NCBI GenBank assembly: GCA_902551895.1
Contig: CACDEU010000001.1
Coordinates: 4,697-68,696, forward strand
DNA: 64,000 nt
Source of the DNA: an uncultured Pelagibacteraceae bacterium
GTDB lineage: Bacteria > Pseudomonadota > Alphaproteobacteria > Pelagibacterales > Pelagibacteraceae
Direction: 5' to 3'
Each line of letters opens with the position of its first letter. Position 1 is the stretch's first letter. Below are positions 21,312 to 31,158 of this stretch, one piece after another. Below the pieces are notes generated by a model. It saw only the letters and a program-made list of their open reading frames with translations. It was not told the origin of the DNA and searched no databases. The position numbers and the translations under genes are program-made.

Positions 21312-22337
21312 ATGTATATAGAAAATAATAATATTAAAAATTATATTTCTTTTTGGCTATTCCTAATGTTTTGGATTATTTCAATTATGATTATAGTTGG
21401 TGGTCTTACACGACTTACCGATTCCGGTTTATCTATAACAGAATGGCAGCTATTTTCAGGATTTTTACCACCACTTAATAATGAAGATTGGAATAAATAT
21501 TTTGATTTATATAAAAAAATTCCAGAATTCACAGAACAAAACTACCTAATGTCCATGCAAGAATTTAAAGTAATTTTTTGGTGGGAATGGGCTCATCGAT
21601 TTTTAGGAAGACTGATAGGTATATTATTTTTATTACCATTGTTATTTTTTACTTATAAAGAAGGATTCAAAAAATTAGTTAGTTTGTATGTAATTTTTAT
21701 CTTAATTTGTTTTCAAGGATTTATGGGTTGGTATATGGTTTCTAGCGGTTTAGTAGATAGAGTTGATGTAAGTCATTTTCGTTTATCAATACATTTAGTA
21801 ATTGCTTTTTTAATATTATCATTAATATTGTGGAATTATTTAAATTTAAGAGTTAAAAAAAATATAAACGATAAATTAAAATTCTCATTACCATTAATCT
21901 TTTTATTTATTATCTATTGCCAAATTATAATTGGTGCATTTGTTTCAGGCATGGATGCGGGACAAATATATAACTCTTGGCCTTTAATGGGATCATCATA
22001 TTTTCCTGATGATAATAGTATAATTAATATTTTTAAAATTTCTGCTTTTAGCGATCCGTCCCTTGTACAATTTATGCATAGGAATCTAGCATATCTAATA
22101 CTTATCTATTATGTTTTTTTGTTAATTAAAATTTATAAAGAAAAATTAAATGATTTATTCTCGGCAATAAATGTAGTTGGATTATTTTTATTAGTTCAAA
22201 TTTTATTAGGCATACTAACATTAATGTATGGTGCACAGATATATTTAGCTTCTATGCACCAATTAAGTTCAATATTCCTTGTTAGTTCTTCAGTTTATCT
22301 ACTTTATCTAAATTCTAACCAACAGCTTTCAAACTAG
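21312..22337 (+). CDS. ctaA: Heme A synthase (COX15/CtaA type 2)
   Basis: GGLTRLTDSGLSITEW, FWWEWAHR, GWYMVSSGL, QFMHR. Confidence 0.95.
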   Translation: MYIENNNIKNYISFWLFLMFWIISIMIIVGGLTRLTDSGLSITEWQLFSGFLPPLNNEDWNKYFDLYKKIPEFTEQNYLMSMQEFKVIFWWEWAHRFLGRLIGILFLLPLLFFTYKEGFKKLVSLYVIFILICFQGFMGWYMVSSGLVDRVDVSHFRLSIHLVIAFLILSLILWNYLNLRVKKNINDKLKFSLPLIFLFIIYCQIIIGAFVSGMDAGQIYNSWPLMGSSYFPDDNSIINIFKISAFSDPSLVQFMHRNLAYLILIYYVFLLIKIYKEKLNDLFSAINVVGLFLLVQILLGILTLMYGAQIYLASMHQLSSIFLVSSSVYLLYLNSNQQLSN

Positions 22338-23634
22338 GTTTTCCTGATTGATTTAAAGCTTGATCTAGATCGGCTATTATATCGTCAGGATGCTCTATAC
22401 CAATAGATAGTCTTACATAACCAGGTGTTACACCAGCTGCTAACAATTCTTCCTCAGTTAGCTGGCTATGTGTTGTTGTAGCTGGATGAATAGCTAAACT
22501 TCTAGCATCCCCAATATTCGCCACATGGTAAAACATTTTTAATGATTCAATAAACTTTTTACCTGCCTCAACGCCACCTTTAACTTCAATACCAACTAAA
22601 GCTCCATTGCCACCTTTAAAGTATTTTTTGGATCTTGCTGCAATCTCTCCTTCATGAAGAGTAGGGTATATGACTCTTTCGACATTTTTATGTTTTTTTA
22701 AAAAATCAACAGCTTTTTCTGCATTAGAACAATGTTGTTTCATTCGTAGAGGAGCGGTTTCTAAACCTTGTATAATACCCCAAGCGTTATCTGGTGCTAA
22801 AGGAGCTCCCAAATCTCTTAGTAAACAAACTCTTGCTCTTATTGCAAAAGATACATTTGCTCCAGTTAATTGTGGTACAACTTCTCCCCATTTAGCTCCA
22901 CCGTAACTCATGTCAGGTTCGTTAAAAAGAGGTTGTCTTTTTGGATCAGCAGTCCAGTCAAAATTTCCACCATCTACTAAACAACCACCTATTACTGTTC
23001 CATGACCACCAATAAATTTAGTTAGTGAATGAACAACAACTGCTGCACCATGTTCTAGTGGCTTACATATAACTGGTGACGCTGTGTTATCCATTATCAA
23101 TGGTATATTGTGCTTTCTACCGATATCCGAAACTTCTTTAATTGGAAAAACTCTAAGATATGGATTAGGCAATGTTTCAGCGTAAAAACATCTTGTTTTT
23201 TCATCTATAAGTTTTTCAAAGTTTTTTGGGTCTGCTGGATCTGCATACCTACACTCAATACCAAGTTTTTTTAATGTATGTGTAAACAAGTTTACAGTTC
23301 CTCCGTACAAATCTGTTGAACTAATAAAATTATCTCCAGATTGACATACGTTCATGATAGCAAATGTCGATGCAGCTTGTCCTGAACCAACAGTTAATGC
23401 AGCTAAACCACCTTCAAGTGCAGCAACTCTTTTTTCAAGTACATCATTTGTTGGGTTCATTATTCTGGTATAAATATTGCCAAATTCCTTAAGCGCAAAT
23501 AAATTAGCAGCATGTCCTGTATCATTAAATTGGTACGATGTTGTTCTATATAAAGGCACTGCTACAGCTGTTGTAGCTGGGTCACTTCTGTAGTCACCAC
23601 CATGCAATGCAATAGTTTCTGGGTTTTTACTCAT
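22315..23634 (-). CDS. metY: O-acetylhomoserine aminocarboxypropyltransferase (sulfhydrylase), distal copy
   Basis: GNIYTRIMNPT, HSLTKFIGGHG (PLP Lys), HVANIGD, HPATTTHSQL; strong SD AAGGAGG. Confidence 0.93.
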   Translation of the reverse strand: MSKNPETIALHGGDYRSDPATTAVAVPLYRTTSYQFNDTGHAANLFALKEFGNIYTRIMNPTNDVLEKRVAALEGGLAALTVGSGQAASTFAIMNVCQSGDNFISSTDLYGGTVNLFTHTLKKLGIECRYADPADPKNFEKLIDEKTRCFYAETLPNPYLRVFPIKEVSDIGRKHNIPLIMDNTASPVICKPLEHGAAVVVHSLTKFIGGHGTVIGGCLVDGGNFDWTADPKRQPLFNEPDMSYGGAKWGEVVPQLTGANVSFAIRARVCLLRDLGAPLAPDNAWGIIQGLETAPLRMKQHCSNAEKAVDFLKKHKNVERVIYPTLHEGEIAARSKKYFKGGNGALVGIEVKGGVEAGKKFIESLKMFYHVANIGDARSLAIHPATTTHSQLTEEELLAAGVTPGYVRLSIGIEHPDDIIADLDQALNQSGKPSLKAVG

Positions 23635-23640
23635 TAATAT

Positions 23641-23695
23641 CCTCCTTATTTTTTTACATTTTCCTTTAACTAAGGATTACAATCAAGCTTAAAAT
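23641..23695 (-). promoter_or_regulatory. Possible degenerate SAM-V-like leader of metY
   Basis: Minus strand ATTTTAAGCTTGATTGTAATCCTTAGTTAAAGGAAAATGTAAAAAAATAAGGAGG resembles recalled SAR11 metY SAM-V sequence, but the P1 5' strand is absent. Confidence 0.3.
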
Positions 23696-23698
23696 TTA

Positions 23699-24514
23699 TT
23701 AATGTTTAGAAGGATAATTGGTTGTAATGAAAGATTTTAATACTTTTAAAACCCTATCTGCCTCTTCAAGCAGCATCATATGTCCACAATTATCGATAAT
23801 ATCAACCTTACTTCCTTCTATCAAATCTGCTAATTTTTTACCTTCTTTTACTGGACACATTTTATCGTCTGTAGCGAGTATCGATAATGTTGGTATTTTA
23901 ATTTTTTTAGCTGCTTCAAATCCATTTTTATAATTATCACAAGCTCGAAAATCTACACCAAGAGTGTCTTTTATAGTTCTTGATTTAGCTAACATACCTC
24001 CAGTGTTTATGTGATATAATCCAGGAACTGGGTGTCCACCAAAATGACCTGCTGGACCATGAGCCCAATCCATCATTAAATCTACTGCTTTTGGATCTCC
24101 ATTCTCAGCAAGAGCTAACAGTTCAGGGTTCATGGGTATAGCACCAGCACCACCCATTAAACTTAATGTTTTAATTTTATCTGGATATCTTGCTGTACAT
24201 TCAATAGTAACTAAGCAACCTTGAGAATGACCAACCAAAGATGCCTCCCTATATCCAACTGCATCTATAACACTACTAATCCAATCAGCCATTTCTTCAA
24301 TCGATTTTAGGCTTTTACCGCCAGACAGACCATGACCGGGCAAATCTAAGGCCAGAACGCTGTAACCATGAAAAGCAAAATACCTAGTTTGAAGAACCCA
24401 CGTCATGTGAGTTAAACCACTTCCATGAACAAAAATAATTAAAGGTTTATTTTTATCAAATGGACGTCCACCAGTAGAGGCGAATATCTCATCACCATTT
24501 ACTTTAAATTTCAT
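23699..24514 (-). CDS. Alpha/beta-fold hydrolase
   Basis: FVHGSG, DLPGHG, nucleophile GHSQG, Asp in DDKMCP, His in CGHMM. Confidence 0.9.
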   Translation of the reverse strand: MKFKVNGDEIFASTGGRPFDKNKPLIIFVHGSGLTHMTWVLQTRYFAFHGYSVLALDLPGHGLSGGKSLKSIEEMADWISSVIDAVGYREASLVGHSQGCLVTIECTARYPDKIKTLSLMGGAGAIPMNPELLALAENGDPKAVDLMMDWAHGPAGHFGGHPVPGLYHINTGGMLAKSRTIKDTLGVDFRACDNYKNGFEAAKKIKIPTLSILATDDKMCPVKEGKKLADLIEGSKVDIIDNCGHMMLLEEADRVLKVLKSFITTNYPSKH

Positions 24515-25845
24515 TGATTAGATACAAGTCTTGGTTTTCTTGCTGCCCTGAATCCAACTTCAAAATCATTTTTAATATCATCTATATCTTCTATACCAAC
24601 AGATAATCTAATCATATCGTGAGATAAGCCAGCAAATTTTAAAGTTGCTTCATCCATTTGAGAATGAGTTCCCGATGCAGGATGAATAACTAAAGTTCTA
24701 GTATCACCAACATTTGCAAGGTGCGAAGCAAGTTTAACATTATTTATAAATGCTACTCCTGCATCTTTTCCACCTTTAATTCCAAACGCTATCATCGATC
24801 CACGACCGTTAGGTAATAATTTTTTTGCTAATGCATGATCAGGATGATCTGGAACACTTGGATGTGATACCCAGGCTACACTTTCATGACCCAATAAATA
24901 CTTAACCATTTCCTCTGCATTGGAACAATGTTTTTTCATTCTTACTGACAAAGTTTCAATACCTTGTAATACATTCCAAGCATTTTGAGGACTTAAACAA
25001 GGACCAAAATCCCTCATGCCTTCGGCTCTTGCTTTCATTGTAAAAGCTGTCGGTCCAAATTCTTCAGCAAAAGATAATCCGTGATAACCTTCGTAAGGTT
25101 TTGTCATTGTTGGAAATTTATCATTTTGTATCCAATCAAAATTACCACCTTCAACCAATATACCGGCCATTGAAGAGCCATGTCCAGCCATCCATTTAGT
25201 TAAAGAGTGAACTACTATATCAGCTCCATGTTCGAATGGTTTACAAAGATAAGGAGTTTGGTATGTAGCATCAACAATTAACGGAATACCTTCGTCATGA
25301 GCAATTTTTGCTACTTCTGGCATATTCATAAGTTCATTGCCAGGATTACCAACTAGCTCACCAAAAATACCTTTAGTATTTTTTTGAATTGCTTTTTTAA
25401 AACCTTCTGTGTCACGAGGTTTTACAAAAGTACATTTGATGCCAAATTTAGGTAAAGTTAATCTAAATAAATTTACAGTACCTCCATAAAGTTGAGATGA
25501 TACAACAAGGTGGTCGCCAGCTTCACACAAAGTCATTACAGTTAAAAATATTGCACTCATACCAGATGACGTAGCTAGAGCAGCAGTTCCACCTTCAAGA
25601 GACGCAACTCTTTCTTCTAAAACACCAACAGTTGGATTTGAAATTCTACTATATATATGTCCACCTCTTTCTAGATTAAAAAGAGCGGCTGCATGATCAA
25701 CATCATCAAAAAGATATGAAGTAGTTTGATAAATTGGCACTTGTCTTGAGCCTGCATTTTTGTGAGGTTGATAACCAGCATGCAAACTTAAAGTATCAAA
25801 TTTATATGTTTTACTTTCCGGTCCTTTTTTATTTTTGTCACTCAT
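24511..25845 (-). CDS. metY: O-acetylhomoserine aminocarboxypropyltransferase/cysteine synthase family, proximal paralogue
   Basis: GHIYSRISNPT, HSLTKWMAGHG, HLANVGD, HPASGTHSQ; SD AGGAGA. Confidence 0.88.
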   Translation of the reverse strand: MSDKNKKGPESKTYKFDTLSLHAGYQPHKNAGSRQVPIYQTTSYLFDDVDHAAALFNLERGGHIYSRISNPTVGVLEERVASLEGGTAALATSSGMSAIFLTVMTLCEAGDHLVVSSQLYGGTVNLFRLTLPKFGIKCTFVKPRDTEGFKKAIQKNTKGIFGELVGNPGNELMNMPEVAKIAHDEGIPLIVDATYQTPYLCKPFEHGADIVVHSLTKWMAGHGSSMAGILVEGGNFDWIQNDKFPTMTKPYEGYHGLSFAEEFGPTAFTMKARAEGMRDFGPCLSPQNAWNVLQGIETLSVRMKKHCSNAEEMVKYLLGHESVAWVSHPSVPDHPDHALAKKLLPNGRGSMIAFGIKGGKDAGVAFINNVKLASHLANVGDTRTLVIHPASGTHSQMDEATLKFAGLSHDMIRLSVGIEDIDDIKNDFEVGFRAARKPRLVSNQ

Positions 25846-25850
25846 GTATT

Positions 25851-25912
25851 TCTCCTGTTATGTTAATATAAATTTAGTAAAATTTACTCGGTTTACCCCA
25901 CACTTAAACCAT
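25851..25912 (-). promoter_or_regulatory. Candidate structured 5' leader (two hairpins before the SD)
   Basis: GGTTTA-AGTGTGGGG-TAAACC (25890-25910) and AGTAA-ATT-TTACT (25876-25888), then SD AGGAGA. Confidence 0.4.
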
Positions 25913-25938
25913 GCAATTACTATCAATATTAATATAAT

Positions 25939-25968
25939 TTGACAATATTACCTTTTATAAGTATTAAT
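25939..25968 (+). promoter_or_regulatory. Sigma70 promoter of rplM-rpsI
   Basis: TTGACA (25939-44), 17 nt, TATTAAT; ATG 10 nt later. Confidence 0.55.
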
Positions 25969-25977
25969 CCCGCAACC

Positions 25978-26436
25978 ATGACAAAATTTGTTAAAAATAG
26001 CGAGATACAAAGCAATTGGTACGAGATTGATGCTAAAAATGCCGTAGTTGGCAGATTAGCAACAATTATATCAAAAATAATAAGAGGTAAAAATAAAAAT
26101 ACTTATACACCTCATATGGATCATGGTGATTTTGTAGTAGTTAAGAATATTGAGTATATTAAATTTACAGGAAAAAAATTTCAAAATAAAAAATATTATA
26201 GACATACCGGATATCCAGGTGGAATAAAAGAAACAACACCTGAAAAACTTTATGAAAAAAAACCAGGTGAAGCCTTAAAACTTGCTGTAAAGAGAATGTT
26301 GCCGGGTGGAGTTCTTGGAAGAAAACAATTAACAAAATTAAAAATTTATTCTGGTTCAGATCACCCTCATTCATCTCAAAATCCTAAAATTATAGATTTA
26401 ACAAAGTTGAATAGCAAAAATATAGCAAGAATTTAA
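25978..26436 (+). CDS. rplM: 50S ribosomal protein L13
   Basis: WYEIDA, VGRLA, YTPHMDHGD, YYRHTGYPGG; start is ATG 25978 (the ORF-track TTG lies in the -35 box). Confidence 0.97.
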   Translation: MTKFVKNSEIQSNWYEIDAKNAVVGRLATIISKIIRGKNKNTYTPHMDHGDFVVVKNIEYIKFTGKKFQNKKYYRHTGYPGGIKETTPEKLYEKKPGEALKLAVKRMLPGGVLGRKQLTKLKIYSGSDHPHSSQNPKIIDLTKLNSKNIARI

Positions 26437-26437
26437 T

Positions 26438-26869
26438 ATGGAAATATCTCAAAACAAAACTGAAAAAGTAAAGTTGGATTTTAAAGACAGTAAATACGCA
26501 ACAGGAAAAAGGAAAACCTCAATTGCTAAGATCTGGTTAAAAAAAGGTTCTGGAAAAATTTATGTTAATGGTAAAAACTATGAAGATTATTTTAAAAGAG
26601 CTAATCATAAAATGCAGCTTCTAAGACCTTTTGAAATCATAAGTCAACCGACAAACTATGATGTTAAGTGTAATGTTAAGGGCGGAGGTTTAACTGGACA
26701 AGTAGGTGCAATGGTTAATGGTATTTCAAAGGCATTATTAATGTTTGATACAGAGTTAAAATCAACCTTAAAAAAAGAAAAACTAACCACTAGAGATTCT
26801 AGATCAGTAGAAAGAAAGAAATACGGTCGCAGAAAAGCTAGAAGAAGTTTCCAATTTTCTAAAAGATAA
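26438..26869 (+). CDS. rpsI: 30S ribosomal protein S9
   Basis: ATGKRKTS, GGGLTGQ, ERKKYG..KARRSFQFSKR. Confidence 0.98.
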   Translation: MEISQNKTEKVKLDFKDSKYATGKRKTSIAKIWLKKGSGKIYVNGKNYEDYFKRANHKMQLLRPFEIISQPTNYDVKCNVKGGGLTGQVGAMVNGISKALLMFDTELKSTLKKEKLTTRDSRSVERKKYGRRKARRSFQFSKR

Positions 26870-26902
26870 TTTCTTTTTTAAACTCAACTGTTATACTGAA
26901 TT

Positions 26903-27925
26903 ATGCTTAAGCTAAATGCATTAATCGCTGGATCAACTGGATATATTGGAATTGAATTAATAAAATTACTAGTTAATCATCCCAATATAAATATAAAATA
27001 CCTATGTGGAAATACTTCTAAAGGTAAATCAATTTATTCCTTTGATAAAAATATAAGAAATAAAAAATTACCAAAAATAATTAAATTTAATAAAAATTTA
27101 TTAAAAGATGTCGAGTTAGTTTTTACTGCATTGCCAAATGGTGAGGCTCAAAAAATATCAAATAGTCTTTTGAAAAATAATACTCTAATTGATTTGTCTG
27201 CTGATTTTAGACTAAAATCTTCAAAAGATTATTTTAAATGGTATAAAATTAAGCATAGCTCAAAAAATAATATTAAGAAAAGTATTTATGCCTTACCCGA
27301 AATTTCAAAAAAAAAATTAAAGAAATATAAAATAATATCTTGTCCAGGCTGTTATCCTACATCAATACTATTACCACTAATCCCTCTTATAAAATCTAAT
27401 TTAATTAAATCAGACAATATAATAATTGATTCGAAATCAGGATATTCTGGTGCCGGTAGAGGAGTCCATAAAAAATTTGTTAATAAAAATTTGTATGAAT
27501 CATTGAGTGCTTATGGCGTTGGTTTTCATAGACATAATTCTGAAATTAAACAGGAACTAAATAATATATCTAAAAAGAATATTGGCTTTATTTTTACTCC
27601 TCATTTAACACCAATGTTTAGAGGAATTTTGAGTACAATTTATATAGATATAAAAAAAAGTACAAATATTAAAAAAATAAATTCAAAACTAAAAAAATTT
27701 TACAAAAATGATACTTTTGTAAAGATTCTTCCAATAAATTCATTATTAAGTACAAATAATGTAATTAATACAAATTTTTGTTATTTATCAGTGTGTAAAA
27801 CAAAAGTCAGAAATAAATTAATAATTTTGTCAGCAATAGATAATCTGATAAAAGGAGGGGCGGGTCAGGCAGTTCAGAATTTAAATTATTATTATGGCTT
27901 TAATGTAAAAAAGGGTTTGATATGA
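26903..27925 (+). CDS. argC: N-acetyl-gamma-glutamyl-phosphate reductase
   Basis: GSTGYIG, DLSADFR, PGCYPT, SGYSGAG, DNLIKGGAGQA. Confidence 0.97.
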   Translation: MLKLNALIAGSTGYIGIELIKLLVNHPNINIKYLCGNTSKGKSIYSFDKNIRNKKLPKIIKFNKNLLKDVELVFTALPNGEAQKISNSLLKNNTLIDLSADFRLKSSKDYFKWYKIKHSSKNNIKKSIYALPEISKKKLKKYKIISCPGCYPTSILLPLIPLIKSNLIKSDNIIIDSKSGYSGAGRGVHKKFVNKNLYESLSAYGVGFHRHNSEIKQELNNISKKNIGFIFTPHLTPMFRGILSTIYIDIKKSTNIKKINSKLKKFYKNDTFVKILPINSLLSTNNVINTNFCYLSVCKTKVRNKLIILSAIDNLIKGGAGQAVQNLNYYYGFNVKKGLI

Positions 27926-28128
27926 AGAATATTTTTATTGTAGTTTTAACATCTATTTCATTATTTTCCTGCACCTCTTATAATGAAAGTAAGAATTTAG
28001 ATACCCAAAGTGCAAAACTAGCTCATTCAAAGATTATTAACTTAAATAACGATTATTCCTTTGATGATTATAAATCTTTAGTTATTGAGTATGGTAAAAA
28101 CAATAAATATCCAACTTTAAGTGAATAA
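27922..28128 (+). CDS. Small hypothetical lipoprotein
   Basis: Signal peptide with lipobox LFSC; ATGA overlap with argC stop. Confidence 0.65.
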   Translation: MKNIFIVVLTSISLFSCTSYNESKNLDTQSAKLAHSKIINLNNDYSFDDYKSLVIEYGKNNKYPTLSE

Positions 28129-28129
28129 A

Positions 28130-29416
28130 ATGAATAAAATTAATATTGCATTGGTTGGTCTTGGTCAGATAGGTAATTATTTATTAAATGAGTTAAATAA
28201 TAAAAAAGGGGATATTGAACTTAAAACAGGAAAAAAAATTAATATTGTTGCAGTTTCAGCTAAAAATATTAATAAAAAAAGAAAATTCAAAATAAATAAG
28301 AATATATTTTATAAAAATCCTTTAAAAATATTTAGTTCAAAAAAAATTGATATTTTGTTTGAGTGCATAGGTTTATCTGATGGCATTTCAAAAAAAATTG
28401 TTGAGAAAGCATTAAAAAATAAGATTCATGTAATAACACCAAACAAAGCTTTGATATCTAAACATGGTGATTATTTATCTAAATTAGCAGAAAAAAATAA
28501 AGTAAATTTAGAATTTGAGGCTTCTGTAGCTGGCGGCATACCAATTTTAAGGACTATAAAGGAAGGATTAGCAACTAATAAAATTAATAAAGTTTATGGA
28601 ATATTAAATGGAACTTGCAATTATATTTTATCAGAAATGGAGAGTTCCAAAGATTCTTTTGCTAATGTATTAAAAAGAGCTCAAAAACTTGGTTATGCTG
28701 AGCCAGGAAACCCTAAGCTTGATTTAAATGGCTATGATGCTTTTGCAAAAATTAGAATTCTGTCATCACTTTCATTTAATAAATATATATCTAAACAAAA
28801 ATGCTTGATGGAAGGAATTGAAAATATTGAATTTAAAGATATTGAAATTGCAAATCAGTTAAATTTTAGAATTAAATTACTTGGAATTACAGAATTAATT
28901 AACCACAAACTTTTTGAGAGAGTTCATCCATGTCTAGTTAAAAAAGATTCTTACATAGCAAATGTTACTGGTGTTATGAATGCTGTTATCTTACAGGGCG
29001 AACCTGTTGGGGAAAGTGTACTCCAAGGTGAAGGTGCAGGACCTGGAGCTACATCTTCAGCCTTGATGTCAGACTTCCTATCAATTTTGAGAGGTAATAT
29101 TAAGTTCCCTTTCGGAGTCTCTAACAAAAATCGCAAATCAATTTCTTCTTACAATTTAAATAACTACTCAAATTCTCTTTATCTTAGATTTGAGGTAAAT
29201 GACAAACCAGGAGTTCTTTCTCAAATTACTCAGTCGTTGGCAAAAAGAAATATTTCAGTTGAAAGACTTATTCAAATTCCTGATCATAAATATAAAAAAG
29301 CTTCTATTATAATCATCACTCACAAAACCAATGAGTCAGATGCAAATAAATGCCTTAATTCATTTAACTCAAATAAAAATATATTAAAAGTTCCTACGAG
29401 AATAAGACTGTTTTAA
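28130..29416 (+). CDS. hom: Homoserine dehydrogenase with C-terminal ACT domain
   Basis: GLGQIG, TPNKAL, FEASVAGGIP, GILNGTCNYIL, GEGAG, DKPGVL. Confidence 0.96.
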   Translation: MNKINIALVGLGQIGNYLLNELNNKKGDIELKTGKKINIVAVSAKNINKKRKFKINKNIFYKNPLKIFSSKKIDILFECIGLSDGISKKIVEKALKNKIHVITPNKALISKHGDYLSKLAEKNKVNLEFEASVAGGIPILRTIKEGLATNKINKVYGILNGTCNYILSEMESSKDSFANVLKRAQKLGYAEPGNPKLDLNGYDAFAKIRILSSLSFNKYISKQKCLMEGIENIEFKDIEIANQLNFRIKLLGITELINHKLFERVHPCLVKKDSYIANVTGVMNAVILQGEPVGESVLQGEGAGPGATSSALMSDFLSILRGNIKFPFGVSNKNRKSISSYNLNNYSNSLYLRFEVNDKPGVLSQITQSLAKRNISVERLIQIPDHKYKKASIIIITHKTNESDANKCLNSFNSNKNILKVPTRIRLF

Positions 29417-30316
29417 ATGGAATTATATATTAAGTTATTTGAGGTATTATTTCCGGTTTTTTTTATAGTTGGTATAGGTTATTTTTTGGGTAAAAAAAAA
29501 TCAGATATAGATACAACTTTTATAACAAATTATTCTGCTAATTTCGGAGCTCCGGCACTATTTATTTTTGCTATAACCTCTTCTGGTGTTACTTACGATG
29601 TATTTTCTGAATATTTTGTTTACTCAATAATAGCTCTTCTTTGTTTTGCAATAACCGGTGTTATTTTTTTATTTTTTATGAAAAAAGATATATCTAGAGA
29701 GTTACCTCCTTTTTTTCTTCCAAACACAGGAAACATGGGAATTCCAATTTGTTTATTTGCTTATGGTTCTTTAGGCATGGGTGTTGCTGCAGCTATATCA
29801 TCATTGGTTGTACTTTTGCATTTTACCGCCAATATCTTTCTAGCAAGCAAAAAATTCGATATTAAAATTATTTTAAAAAGCCCTTCATCATATGCAGTAA
29901 TTATTGCTGTTGCTTTTTTATATTTTGATCTTGAAATGCCAAAAGTTGTCTTAAACACAGTAATGCTATTGGGTTATGCTATGATTGTTTTAATATTAAT
30001 GTCTTTAGGCGTTTCATTAACGCAAATGAAAGTATTTTCTTTAAAAAGTTCCTTAATCTCATCAGTAGGACGTGTAATAATAGGACCAATTATAGGATTT
30101 ATTTTAATTAAAATATTTAATTTATCTGGTTACGCAGCTGGAGTTTTATTAATTCAATCTGCAATGCCAAGTGCTATTTTGACATATTTAATTGCTTCAA
30201 TGTATTCTCCAAAAGAAATAGTAGATAACATATCTAGCATGATTGTGGTTTCAACTTTAATGTCCTTAATCACCATTCCAATTATAGTATTCATTGCTTT
30301 AAAGTACTTTTCTTAA
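29417..30316 (+). CDS. AEC family transporter
   Basis: About 10 TM segments, PNTGNMGIP, QSAMPSA. Confidence 0.88.
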   Translation: MELYIKLFEVLFPVFFIVGIGYFLGKKKSDIDTTFITNYSANFGAPALFIFAITSSGVTYDVFSEYFVYSIIALLCFAITGVIFLFFMKKDISRELPPFFLPNTGNMGIPICLFAYGSLGMGVAAAISSLVVLLHFTANIFLASKKFDIKIILKSPSSYAVIIAVAFLYFDLEMPKVVLNTVMLLGYAMIVLILMSLGVSLTQMKVFSLKSSLISSVGRVIIGPIIGFILIKIFNLSGYAAGVLLIQSAMPSAILTYLIASMYSPKEIVDNISSMIVVSTLMSLITIPIIVFIALKYFS

Positions 30317-31158
30317 TGAGGGCTATTATCCTTAATTTGTCAGCATGGGCAGTTTTGCCTTTTATGGACACAATTGCAAAATACTTGTCTGCTGAATTAT
30401 CTTTTTTTCAAATTACATGGGCCAGATACTTTTTTACTGTATTTTGGACACTTCCTTTCATGTTTATTTTTTTTAGAAAAAAATTAACATTTTCTGAAAA
30501 TCCTAAATTGCAAATTTTAAGAGGATTAACTCTTTTCTCAGCCAATATTTGTTTTTTCTACTCAATTTCAATAATATCTATGGCTAAGGCTTTAACACTT
30601 GCTTTTGTTGCTCCTTTGGTGACTACAGCGCTATCTCCATTTTTATTAGGAGAAAAAGTTGGGATAAAAAGATGGACAGCAGTTATAGTTGGGTTTATAG
30701 GAAGTTTAGTTGTTATAAGACCTGGTTTTATAGAGTTTAATTTAGCCACAGTAGCTGCTTTAGGAACAGGTTGTCTTTATGGTGTTTATTTAATAATCAC
30801 AAGAAAACTTCACTCAACAGATAATCCATTATTAACACTTTTGTTAACCGGCATAGTAGGGGCCACTGTTTCAACATTCTTTGTACCAATAGTTTGGGTT
30901 AATCCATCAAATATTCAGTGGCTATGGCTTGCTATAATGGGTATTTTTGCATGTTTAGGACATATTTTATTAATTTATTCATTAAGATATGCTGATGCTT
31001 CTAAATTAGCTCCTTTTGGATATTTTGAGATTATTACGAACATTATATTGGGATATTATGTCTTTAAAGACTTCCCAGACCTATGGACTTTCTTAGGATT
31101 GTTCATAATTGTATCTTCAGGTATTTATATTTTTAAGCGAGAACTTAATAATAAGTGA
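30316..31158 (+). CDS. DMT/EamA family transporter
   Basis: About 10 TM segments, LLGEKVG..RW, IRPG, LAPFGY. Confidence 0.9.
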   Translation: MRAIILNLSAWAVLPFMDTIAKYLSAELSFFQITWARYFFTVFWTLPFMFIFFRKKLTFSENPKLQILRGLTLFSANICFFYSISIISMAKALTLAFVAPLVTTALSPFLLGEKVGIKRWTAVIVGFIGSLVVIRPGFIEFNLATVAALGTGCLYGVYLIITRKLHSTDNPLLTLLLTGIVGATVSTFFVPIVWVNPSNIQWLWLAIMGIFACLGHILLIYSLRYADASKLAPFGYFEIITNIILGYYVFKDFPDLWTFLGLFIIVSSGIYIFKRELNNK

